This document shows, in pieces, positions 52,741-64,000 of a stretch of 64,000 nucleotides of DNA; the first letter of the stretch is position 1, and each line of letters opens with the position of its first letter. The DNA lies in NCBI RefSeq assembly GCF_001194135.2, contig NC_068982.1, positions 142,338,190-142,402,189 of the forward strand, given 5' to 3'. Made by a program: the position numbers and the translations under genes. This stretch comes from Octopus bimaculoides (Eukaryota). The notes below the pieces were generated by a model. That model ran no database searches. It was not told the origin of the DNA and saw only the letters and a program-made list of their open reading frames with translations.

Positions 52741-55700
52741 NNNNNNNNNNNNNNNNNNNNNNNNNNNNNNNNNNNNNNNNNNNNNNNNNNNNNNNNNNNN
52801 NNNNNNNNNNNNNNNNNNNNNNNNNNNNNNNNNNNNNNNNNNNNNNNNNNNNNNNNNNNNNNNNNNNNNNNNNNNNNNNNNNNNNNNNNNNNNNNNNNNN
52901 NNNNNNNNNNNNNNNNNNNNNNNNNNNNNNNNNNNNNNNNNNNNNNNNNNNNNNNNNNNNNNNNNNNNNNNNNNNNNNNNNNNNNNNNNNNNNNNNNNNN
53001 NNNNNNNNNNNNNNNNNNNNNNNTGATAACTTTGTGTAGTATGTGTGTGTGTATGTGTGCGTGTGTGTATGAATGCAATTAAGGCTTCTCTACTTAAGAT
53101 GTGGTAAAACCACAGACTGTATCATACTAAATAAGTATATGATATAGATGAACGGGCTGCAGGAATTTTCTAAGGAATCACTAATATAATTGGTTGACAG
53201 TTTTCTCCCTCTTGAAAGTATGCGATGTGAACATGCGATGTGAATCCTATATGTAGTCACTAGGTGAAATGAATCTAGATACTCCCTACAAGAATTATTT
53301 CCATACTTATGTGCCAAGCAAAGTCTCCTTGGTTTAATCACGAAATACCGGCTCCGAAATATTAGTTCTATGATTTGGATTTTAATAACACACAACTGAT
53401 ATTATAAATATGTATAGTAGATATTTGCAACATTCGTAGAAAAGAATATTGAATTTGGAGAGAACTGAAATGGTTTCTAAACTTTTGTCTTTTTCATTTC
53501 GCCACTGATTTGCGTTATATGTTAAATATAAGTAAATTGTATTGTACATGTATTATATCAAATATTAATCTATAATAGCAAGATCTCCTATATATACTTA
53601 TCCAAATGAAATTACACAATCTAATACCACGCAAACTACATTCAACACGACCTCATATTTACTCGTATAGCTAAGTCAATCGATATTATAGGATTATGCA
53701 AATTTCTACTAATTATATAATCTCTTAGACAATCTATCGTGTGTCACTTGTGAGAATAAGTTATTTCGTTCGGTCCGAACTGAATTATTAAATAATAGGT
53801 TACAAATATTGAATTACGGGGGACACTAATTTCCTCGGTCTACCAACTTGACACTCATCGGATTTACATTTCTGCGTACTGCCATTGTATATCACAGTGA
53901 GAACTAAGTATTACACTGACCTCTATATTCATGTAACCATCTACACCAGAACAAAATGAGTGTTAGATCCATATGCACCATCAATTAGTGGAAATGTTAC
54001 CCAATAAAATAGTTATCTGATAATTAGTGTCTATTTGTTTATGCTAAATATTTTTCATGTGATATTGTCATGTCTCATAGTTGTTCTAACGTTGAATTGT
54101 TGTTAAGCATTTTTTAAAAACAACAGTGATGTATTGCATACATAAACCCTTATTTACACGTAAGTGAAATCATTACATTTGGGAAGAAGGGTGTTGCAGT
54201 CCACGAGAAAATATAAACGCTACAAAATATCAGAAGCTTTCGATGTTCCCTGGTGAAAAATTCTCTCAGTTGTTTCTTATTTATACTGAAATCTGTAATA
54301 TATGTGTATTTGCGCTGGACGTGTGTTTGTTCAAACAGCTGCACATATATACTAATAAGAATAGCATCGCTTAATTATGCATGCGTGGCGTGTTCTAGCA
54401 TATATGCATAATGTTACACGCGCACGAGAATAAATATGAGTGTGTATCTGAATAGGGATATGTAAGAATGTGATTTACGATGTGTGCATGTATGCGTTAA
54501 TGTGTGTGTTTGTGTACGTGTGTAGGTGTTTGGGGCGTATTTGTACGTTTATTCCAGTGCGCATATAGATAAATGTCTGTTTCATTAAATAGCGTTCTTA
54601 TATAGTATCAGTAACAGCAGATACTGAAACAGAATATATGATTATACTTGGGATTGACAGAGCCCTTGGCACTGGATATATGCTTCACGTGTGATAAGCA
54701 ACAACAAAAACAAAAACAGAAGTAAAATCAACGAGAGAGAAAAATAGCAAATATGAGAGAAAAAAATCTGCGCTTCGGTGTCTGTTTCTCTTCGTCAGAT
54801 CTTTTGTAATTTAATTTTTAGTTATAGTTTTTAGTTTTATTCATCTGATTTTTATGAGATCAAATTTTCCTGACATGCATATTTCACATTTAAACTTATT
54901 TAAACTATTTTTTACATAATTAGTATTAAATATTTCAGTTTCAGAACTTTTATTGATCTACATTGCTAAGCAAATCATGAAATGGGCTTCAATTTTTTTT
55001 TTTATTTTCCTATTACTCTACGTTTTTCTATTTGGTTTTATTTTTTATTCTTTTACCTCTATTTTTATTTTCATTTTAATATGTGTGCTATTGCTTCAAT
55101 ATTTGGTAAATCAACTGAAAAACAGAGGCGTCTCGCTGTCTCCATTGACAAAAAAATTCATAATAAAAATATTTCATTTGAGGCTACATTATTTCGCGTG
55201 CTTTTTTATTGTTATTTATGTTTAATAATTAGAGTGTAGGTTTATACTATCTTAGCATACTTTACAGTGAAGGGAAACAAATTGCTCTCAGTGAATTATT
55301 GTAGTTTTATAGTTTATGATGCATTAGAGCGAGCGGAATTCCCACTCCGCCATCTTTCATATTGCTTCCAATTATTTTCAAGTTTGACGTTTAGATAGAA
55401 AACATTATGTACACGACAATGACCATTTATAAACCAAAGATCATTTCCCAGAGAAAAAAAAACTATAATTTAAATCAATAACTGTGTAACGCAGACCTAG
55501 TCTTATAACGATACATGAGACACTCGATTTACAAATTCTCTTCATGCGTTCTAGTTCATGACCATTGGCATTACAATAATAAAGAACTGGTTCAAATTAA
55601 TTGGTTAGAAATTCGCTAATATCTAGAAGCTTAATTAATGCTAAATATGATTATTTAATCATGTTTAATTAATTTCTGATATTAAGCTTAATTTGTAAAC

Positions 55701-55892
55701 TAAAATGTTTGAAAACCTAGTGGCATATATTCTGCCTCATACAATTTTGGATTTGCTATTCAGCATCTTAAAGTAACTGAACCAGTCAGATAAACAAGTA
55801 TACGATGTTCTAAGGTAGAGCCAATCATCAGATATATTATAACTTGCCATAATCTGAAACAGTCTATTTAATGTATATGTAATGTCTATGTA

Positions 55893-56216
55893 GTGGAGGT
55901 GCAATGACCCAATGGTTAGAACAGTGGACTCGCGGTCATAGGATCGCGGTTTCGATTCCCAGACCGGGCGTTGTGAGTGTTTATTGAGAGAAAACACCTA
56001 AAAAAGCTATACGAGGCTCCGGCATGGGATGGTGGTGAACCCTACAAGGGCCAGCCTTGTCACACTGTGTCACGTTGAATATCCCCGAGAACTACGTTAA
56101 GGGTACACGTGTCTGTGGAATGCTCAGCCACTTGCATGTTAATTTCACGAGCAGGCTGTTCCGTTGATCGGATCAACTGGAAACCTCGACGTCGTAAGCG
56201 ACGGAGTGCCAACAAC
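55893..56216 (+). mobile_element. Full-length tRNA-derived SINE with 12-bp TSD and (CAA)n tail
   Basis: A-box TGACCCAATGG and B-box GGTTTCGATTCC. TSD aatgtctatgta lies at 55881-55892 and 56217-56228. Confidence 0.92.
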
Positions 56217-56600
56217 AATGTCTATGTAATGTATATTTAACAAGGCTGGGCGTGGTGTTGCACAGATTGAGAGCCGGATTATCCCTTAAAATGTCTAGTA
56301 AATGAAAACTGGTGATTTCTTTGTTTGGAAAACACGTATGTCTCGTACATAATGCACTTGGAATTGTAGATATAAAACAATCTGCTGCTAGTGAGTGTAT
56401 TAGAAACCGATAAAGATTTTGACATTTTAGGTATGTTTTGTTTATACTAAGGCTTGCCTACAAATTCATGGATATTACATTCAAATCAATTCTCTTCTCT
56501 CCAGGCTAGTTGATTTACATGGGTAACGTGTAAAGGATCTTGTTTTCGTTCAATCTTGCTTCAGGTCATCACATTCAAATTTTGCTTTTCTTTTCTGTAG

Positions 56601-56707
56601 GAAATCGACAGTGCTGTGTTGTTGGAAAAAGGCGTTTCAGGGCGAAAATATAGTTTTCTAAACAAACCACGGAGTTTCATTATTTATCAATTAGATACCG
56701 TACGACG
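56601..56707 (+). CDS. Candidate exon (107 nt, phase 0-2), EIDSAVLLEKGVSGRKYSFLNKPRSFIIYQLDTVR
   Basis: Very strong acceptor ttttgcttttcttttctgtag|, donor CG|GTAAAT, and a single fully open frame. Confidence 0.38.
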
Positions 56708-58314
56708 GTAAATTCATGTAAGAAAGGCTTCCTTTCATGGATGATTAATGCAAAGAAACGACTCGGCCGTTCCTTTAAATACACTGCTTGTAGTGTTTTT
56801 AAATACCAACGATAGCGAAACATACACATCATAAAGTTCAGCTAAGAAAACTACTATACTTCAATCTTTTATTGTATGGCAGATTCATAATGTTGTCTTT
56901 ATCCATTTTTGACTCCATTAAAGTGGATGTTTTCATGCTTTATATCAAATGACAATCCTCGAAGTTCAAAAGACATAATTCTTAAATAGTTACTATTTCG
57001 TTTGAAGATCTAGTTCACCACAAATACCATCAAAGCTACAATAAAGAAGCAGCATGCACTTATTATTGTTAAGAGATAACCGACAATATAATTCAAGAAA
57101 GCCGAACTAATTAAGAGAAAATGATGCATTGCTGTTTAGACAGAAATGTCTTCCAGACAGAAGACTGTTGTCGCTTTATATTGTCCATTAATAAAAGCGA
57201 ATGCTTTGTACAGGCAAATCACTCCCCAAATCTTATAACAGAAAGAATGTCATTCATAAGCTTTCCGTATTGACTTATTTTAGAAAATGGTTAATAGTTT
57301 CTTCCTATCAAATCTGTATATAGAAATCGTTTCTTTTGTATTTTGAGAAATCTATGCTATTAAAGTTGGTGTGTGTGTTAAAATTGTTTATCAGAGATCG
57401 CACATGAATCTGATTATGCTAGTATTAGTAGTATTAGTAATATAATTGTTACCATTTTTCATGTTACAATTGTTGTTTGTGTTGTTGCTATTGTTAATGT
57501 TGCTGCAGTCGTTGTTGTTCTTGCTACTGAGGATAATGATGACAGAGAGCTTGTTTCTTGCTCTGGTAAGGTAATTGTTTTTACGATCTCCAAAATGTGT
57601 GAATAAAAATCACGTTCCTGTAAAATAAAAATTATTTCTTTTCCTATTATATTACTGAGGAACTGTAGTGGAAAGCTCGGAAACACGTTCTCTCAAACTA
57701 GGGATGTGTTAAAGTTTGTGGTTTTAATTCTCTCTCTCTCTCTCGCTCGCTCGCCGGCTCACTCGTTCTCTCTTTTTCTCTCTCTCTCTCATAGTATATA
57801 TGTATGCGTTTATGTAGTGTGTATCACAATCTTGCTTCCAAACTAAAAAAAAAAAATATGACATCAACAACCTCAGCAACGGTAAAAAAAGTATTAAATA
57901 CGAGAAAGATCAGGAGAAATTCTCCTAACAAGAAAAAAGAAACCGAACGTCGTAACATGCATACACATGTGTATGGACGAAAAAACTATAATTTCCTGAA
58001 AATTATTTACACTAACACACAAACGTGAACGCCATTGTTAGAAACTAATATTACTACTACTACTACGACGACGACGANNNNNNNNNNNNNNNNNNNNNNN
58101 NNNNNNNNNNNNNNNNNNNNNNNNNNNNNNNNNNNNNNNNNNNNNNNNNNNNNNNNNNNNNNNNNNNNNNNNNNNNNNNNNNNNNNNNNNNNNNNNNNNN
58201 NNNNNNNNNNNNNNNNNNNNNNNNNNNNNNNNNNNNNNNNNNNNNNNNNNNNNNNNNNNNNNNNNNNNNNNNNNNNNNNNNNNNNNNNNNNNNNNNNNNN
58301 NNNNNNNNNNNNNN

Positions 58315-58458
58315 AGAAGAAGAAGAAGAAGATGATGATGATGATGATGGTGAAGAAGAAGAGAAGGAGGAGGAGGAGGAGGAGATGAAGAAGAAGAAGA
58401 AGAAGAAGAAGAAGAAGAAGAAGAAGAAGAAGAAGAAGAAGAAGAAGAAGAAGAAGAA
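58315..58458. repeat. (GAA)n/(GAT)n/(GGA)n compound array after a gap
   Basis: Read directly from the sequence. Confidence 0.95.
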
Positions 58459-59034
58459 AGTATTCATGCTTTCGTTCATGCTCCAAGAGAAATTGTAAGT
58501 AAAAGCACTTGAAAAGGGTACGCTTGCATTTGTTACCCATACGAAAGAAATGCTCAATATGTATAATGTAGTGGATACTAAGGAGATCGTGAAAGATAGG
58601 GGAATCGAAATATTGCATCTTTGCCTGATAAGCATGTCTAGGAAATAGCAAGGAGAGGGAAGTCTCTTATTTCCATGTTAGCTATCAATTGTCAATTAAA
58701 AGAGTAGGTTTTGACCGCCGTGTATAAGAATATTGTTTTCATAAAGCATTCCATAAAGTGTCCACTTGGATTTGAGGACATAATGAGAAATGAAGTAGAA
58801 ATTTACAAATCAGTCTTTAGATCAAAGAATTACAAGGTTGAAGATCAAGTTCATCTGCCACGTCATTGATATCGCGACATCTTAAATTTTGCATCGCATT
58901 ATGGGTGAGTGAATCGATGAGAAGGAATATGTAATGTGGCGGGATCAGAATAGGCTTACTTGTACAAATGAACCGGTAAATAACACAGAGGGCTATCGAG
59001 GCTGAGCCTAGATATGGAATAAGAGAGGAAAGCC

Positions 59035-60260
59035 TCTTTTTCAGCGAAAACAAGTGCTTAACTTCCCAAGCTAACCTGTTATATATATCGACTATTCTTT
59101 CTTCCTTATCTAATATTTTGTTGTCAGCTGGGCATATCTATGATCCTGCACCATTTTCTTTCTTTCTCGATTAAGACTATGTATCGTTTCCTGTTCTCTA
59201 TCTGATGGTTGCACTGAATCATAAAATTCCACAGGATCTTTGCATTGTCATTTTCGATGATGCCTTCGGGTTTAACTTCGTACCACTTTTTTGCTCTGTC
59301 AATCCTTGCTATATTGTCATGGCGCCTCTTATATTCCTTCTGCCCTAGTGGCGTACATTGACTGGCAATACGCCATACAGTTTCACTGTTGTCTCCAAAG
59401 TTTCTGCACTTATCACTTTCTGCTGTGCTGTGTCTATTCTCAGTTTCATGTAATTTGTTCTTAATGAAGAATGGACAAAAATTCCTTTGGAAACAATTCA
59501 AACATTTTACAAGTCCATACCTTGTAGAATTCAAGCTGTAATTACTGCCAAGGGCGGTCCTACCCATATTAAAATCAATTTGTCTGAAATTTGAAGCAGT
59601 TTCCATTATTTTGTCCAACCCCTGTATATTCCAGATCATTGTGGCCTGGTCGATGTCTTGTATATGGTTTGGCACATGTTTATACAATTTCTTGTTAGAT
59701 ATGATGTTGTAGCGTTGACATATTTTCCAGTAGATAAACCTATTTTATATATATACATATACAGATATTTTGAGCGGGATAGATATATTCTCTCTGTGTC
59801 TGCGTCAGTATTCTGTTAATGTCTGTGTCTGATTTTTCTACGTTTGTCAGTTGTCAACTTACTGATCTGACGGTTTATTATGTTAAAGCTGTAATTTACG
59901 ACTGGTATGGTTAACGTGTTTATCCCCATTATATTATTTTTTAGTATTGACTTCAGTGTTTAATATTAGTCTAACTCTTCTGTAATACTCCCTCCTTATT
60001 TCCTCTTTCATTTCTGTGTGTTGCACTTTAGCCATTGCGTCTATTCCTAGATATGTGTAGGGGCGATTGTGGTTTACTTTTCTAAATTCTCTTTCTAAGT
60101 CGAATGTAATGGTTTCAGTGTATGTGCGTGTATGTGTGCTTGCGTGTGTACATGTGTAGCTGTCTGTCGGTATGTATATTAAGATTTAGCAAGTACTGCG
60201 CAGCCAGATAATGCGTTCAACTGTCTCCTTGTGCTGGTTGTACATTCTACCATTGACATT
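59035..60260 (-). mobile_element. R4/Dong-like non-LTR retrotransposon fragment (post-RT region, degenerate CCHC knuckle, REL endonuclease)
   Basis: Upstream reads YTYLGID..EIRREYYRRVRLILNTE..INTLTIPVVNYSF. ORF 59124-59687 contains DKCRNFGDNSETVWRIASQCTPLGQKEYKRRHDNIAR and ILWNFMIQCNHQIENRKRYIVLIEK..CRIIDMP. Confidence 0.85.
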
Positions 60261-60324
60261 AGGGACTGCGTTCATTAATTTATTTTTATAGTTGTTTATT
60301 GTCAAGTGTTATTATTAGCAAGGC

Positions 60325-60530
60325 AGCGAAGGCGGCGAGCAGGCAGAATCGTTAGCACACCGGGAAAAATACTTAGAGGTATTTCGCCTGTCTTCATAAT
60401 CTGAGTTCAAATTCCGCCGGGGTCGACTTTGACTCTCATCCTTTCGAGGTCGATAAAACAAGTTGAACACTGGCAGTCAATGTAATTGATTTAAACCCTC
60501 ATCAGAACTTGCTGGCCTTTGCCAAAATTA
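60325..60530 (+). mobile_element. tRNA-derived SINE (GGCAGAATCGTTAG head family)
   Basis: A-box-like GGCAGAATCG, B-box GAGTTCAAATTCC, and body ggtcgactttg..tcatcctttcg.ggtcgataaa. Confidence 0.8.
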
Positions 60531-60584
60531 TTATTATCATTATTATTATTATTATTATAAGTCAATTATGCAGAATTTTATTGA

Positions 60585-60715
60585 ATGATTCCAAATTTCG
60601 TCGAGATCAACTTCCGCATTCATCCTTTCGGGCTCGATAACATGAAGTAATTGTCAAGTAACAAGATTGATTTAATGAACGTGGCCCTCCCCTCAAAATT
60701 ATTGACTTTTGTTCA
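60585..60715 (+). mobile_element. Second, partial copy of the same SINE family
   Basis: ccaaatttcgtcgagatcaacttccgcattcatcctttcgggctcgataa...cccctcaaaattattgac. Confidence 0.65.
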
Positions 60716-61099
60716 AGGCATTATTCTAGTTGTTGGTGGTGTTGTTGATATTGGTGTTGTGTCTATTTTTATAATTATTAACAAAATCATCTTCATCGTC
60801 ATCATTGCTACTGCTATGGCGGCTGTTGTTGCTACTACTACTACTACAGATTTATATTACTGCCTATTGATATCTGCCAACAAATAAGCATAACATATTA
60901 CTATATTTTATAGACATATTGTATATGTCCATATCCAATACAGATATATGTACATATTGTATACATGAACATATGTGTATGTCTGATATGTATTTCTGTG
61001 TGTGTTAGTATGTGTGCTTGTTTATCTGTGTGTATTTGAGTATTTAATAAGCATTAGCAGACCAAGTTGCGCACATGCACACACACACACATCAGACAC

Positions 61100-61152
<53 letters not shown>

Positions 61153-61384
61153 CATATATAGAATACGTACATATAACTGCATTAGATATCGGCATAGACA
61201 ATATGTCTATAAAATATAGACATATTTTATGCATATTTGTAGATACTTATCAATAGACAGTAATACCACAGTAGTAGTAGCAGTAGCAGTAATTGTGGAT
61301 ATAGTGATAGTGGTGGCGGTGTTGTTGATAATGATGATAATCTTCTTTAATGTATGCACAAGTACAGTTATTCTTGAGTGGAGA

Positions 61385-61560
61385 AGACTACTGAATAGCA
61401 TCGACTCCAGTACTTGACTGGTGCTTAATTTTATCGATGGCGAAAGAATGAGTAGCATATTTTAATTTCGGTGGGTTTCAATTAAGACTAGAAACAATGA
61501 GAAGAAATACTGCACGGCATTTTTCCCAATGCTCTCACCATTCTGCTAGTTCCCTGCTTT
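61385..61560 (-). mobile_element. Degenerate SINE of the same family, inverted
   Basis: Reverse complement reads gcagggaactagcagaatggtgagagc..cattctttcgccatcgataaaattaagcaccagtcaagtactggagtcgat. Confidence 0.65.
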
Positions 61561-61569
61561 AATAATAAG

Positions 61570-61795
61570 AATTTCCAATTTTAGCACGAAGCCAGCAAAT
61601 TTCGGTTGACGTTTTCAGTCGAATCCATCGATCCTAGAGTTCAAGTGGTAATATTTTATCGACCCCGAAAGGGATATAAGTATGAGTTGTCTTTGGCGGA
61701 ATTTGAACTAGGGAAATAAAGATAACGGTAGGCTGTTAATTATTTTGCCTAGTATGCTAACGGACTTGCCAGCTCGCTGCTTTCACACCGCTGGT
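61570..61795 (-). mobile_element. SINE of the same family, inverted
   Basis: Reverse complement reads gcagcgagctggcaagtccgttagca..agttcaaattccgcc..ccctttcggggtcgataaaat..atttgctggcttcgtgctaaaattgg. Confidence 0.75.
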
Positions 61796-63165
61796 AACAG
61801 TAATTATGATAATGATGAGTGTTTAGTAGATAACTGAATATATATACAAACGTAGACACAAGTACATACACACACACGCATCCATACTAGTGTGTGTGTG
61901 TATGTGTATGTGGGGCGCGCGTGCGTGTGTAACATATGTGTGTAGTAGAAATGAAGATATGGAATATTTGGTTTTTGCAAAGGCATTAATAAAGAATATC
62001 ATTTTAATATTATTCTAAAGAATCTTATCCTAAACAAAACTAAATACTTGGCTGCTAATATTCAAATCTGTCTTCGATCAAAACATAAATATTAAATGCT
62101 GCTTTTCCTCTATCTTCTTTTTTGAGTTTTTCTTTTCTGTGTGTGTCATAAAATACAGTACATACCATATAAAGTTGGAAGCATTGTTTCTCCGTTTATT
62201 ATTTATACACCTATCAAATCTTGGCTGGGCAAACAGGAAATATGAAGTACAGTCCTTGAATATGAGTTTCGAGCTTCAAGTAGGCGTTTTCAAACATGCA
62301 GTCTTTAGTTGGAAAACGGCGACCTGAAGCTCTAAACTCATCTCAGAGTAACTCACAGAAAACATTATTATCAAGATTAAAATAAAAATCGTGTCCGATT
62401 AGTATTTGCGAGGGGAAGTCATCGCTCTCATTTCTAGCCTTACGTGATACGCATGGACTCGAGTTTCTTGGTGGTTACGCGTGCTCAGTGTGTGTTAGTC
62501 TCCAGCTAATGATGGAAGCTCATTCCACTCGAAAATTACTATATATTTTTCTAGAGGCACACATGTAAATAGTCACTTGAAAGTAAATAAATACATAGAT
62601 AAATATGACTAGATTAAACTAGTACGAAGTAGTTTATGAATATTGAATTCAATGCTTTAAGCGTAAATATTTTACATGGATAGCTTCTACAAGTAGGTGG
62701 TGTAGTCCTACCTGCCTAACTACATACGTACATAGGTTTGCACATAGATAAATAAACAGTTAGGACAAGAACGATTTAGAATCAACTCTGTGAAAATATT
62801 AATTAAAAATGTTTTGCCTATAGCGGTAAAATTCTCTGCTATGTATATTCATACACACGAGAACGTATGTTTTTTGTTTGTATACTATATTAAGATGATG
62901 TTTCAAAATACGAGAGGAATGAATCTTCCAGGAAAGCAAAAGTATATACACAACACTGCACAATGAATTTACCATGTTGGAAAGATATGAACTGTGAATA
63001 GATATAGAGTTAGGCCTAGAATGTATAGTCAAATCTCAATAGAGATTCATTAAAAATTTAGCTACGAATAGGGGACAGAATAAATTTTATTCATGTCTTT
63101 GAGAAATGCATGTAGATATAGGTTTATATTTGCTTACACAAAGATATATTATTGTCATATTTATA

Positions 63166-63210
63166 CTCCAGCATGGCCGAACTCAAGTGACTGAAACAAC
63201 TAAAAGAATA
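63166..63210 (+). mobile_element. Isolated SINE/LINE 3' tail
   Basis: ctccagcatggccgaactcaagtgactgaaacaactaaaagaata, followed by (CA)n. Confidence 0.7.
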
Positions 63211-63393
63211 CAATTGATTACACACACACACACGCACACGCACACGCACACGCGCACACACAGACACACACACACACACACCCACACACACAAACAGACA
63301 GGCACCCACGCAAACACACATACGCATGCACACATGCATAAATATATACATATATATGTATTGTATTTCATATTTATAAATATACATGTATTA

Positions 63394-63479
<86 letters not shown>

Positions 63480-63966
63480 TACATACATACATGCATACAT
63501 ACATACATACATAAAGTGAGAATGGGGAGGGATGTAAAACTACATAATATGTGCTTCAGCAAACACAGCGGGCGACAGAGAATCCGTAACAGAAGGGCAA
63601 AACGAAAGGAAATTTGCAATTTCTTTAACTACACAATCACTCATGGCAATAAATTTACATACTGTAAACAGTCTGCCACAGCTTGTATAAAATCAGATTT
63701 CTGAATTTCCTTGAAGACTTGTAGCTGCAGAATGACAGAATGAATATAGTTTTAGTTACATCAAGAGAATTAATATAATTATTTCTCAAAATACACCAGA
63801 AATTCAACTTGAGGCTAAAACCTACAACAACATTACTACGAAAGTATACGATAAAGGTGGTTTGCTGAGATATAGCTTCGCATAATGTAAACTGATTTTC
63901 ACTTTTGTTTTCGTGTTTTAGCCTTTTATTTGAACTGTATATATATATATATATATACATATATAC

Positions 63967-64000
<34 letters not shown>

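Noticed and set aside
55893-55970. tRNA-gene-like sequences (also at 13540-13611 and 22900-22975)
   Set aside because: A and B boxes are present, but I see no closing acceptor stem. They run into SINE bodies bounded by TSDs, so they are SINE heads.
57509-57565. + strand 57-nt exon-like segment VVVLATEDNDDRELVSCS (cadherin-like look)
   Set aside because: It lies in a decaying (GTT)/(GAT) repeat tract, which by itself explains the composition.
58500-59030. Possible decayed RTE-like RT on the + strand (HKAFHKV and similar)
   Set aside because: The resemblance to RT motifs is too weak and fragmentary to support without a profile search.
63655-63960. Minus-strand ORF with a CUB-like FIVYFRSN..GFSL stretch
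   Set aside because: The ORF starts in a (TA)n tract, has no pyrimidine-rich acceptor, and the motif spacing is wrong.

Overview
AT-rich, microsatellite-saturated eukaryotic genomic DNA with 12 N-gaps (9308-9317, 11145-11946, 18356-18613, 22450-22756, 24405-24528, 29065-29577, 30090-30826, 34893-35051, 41836-41949, 43469-44029, 52741-53023, 58078-58314). The SINE families and the microsatellite load resemble what I recall of octopus (coleoid cephalopod) genomes; that assignment is inference. I cannot name any host gene, and most ORFs in the supplied track are microsatellite or N artefacts. The well-supported content is retroposon debris: two CR1/L2-type LINE 3' fragments, four fragments of R4/Dong-like non-LTR elements (three show restriction-like endonuclease, REL, motifs), and about 15 tRNA-derived SINE copies, three of them with target-site duplications. 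A 486-bp fold-back element has 108-bp inverted arms. Scattered small exon candidates occur on both strands but remain unverified. The leads most worth checking are: (1) a TSD-bounded chimeric SINE, suggesting heads and tails are swapped between families; (2) a CAG|GTAAGA recursive-splice-like site with a nested 21-nt microexon at 44.9 kb; (3) the fold-back element and an inverted SINE quartet as possible dsRNA/ADAR substrates; (4) LINE fragments sitting inside microsatellites. There are no prokaryotic features, CRISPR arrays, rRNA genes or intact tRNA genes.
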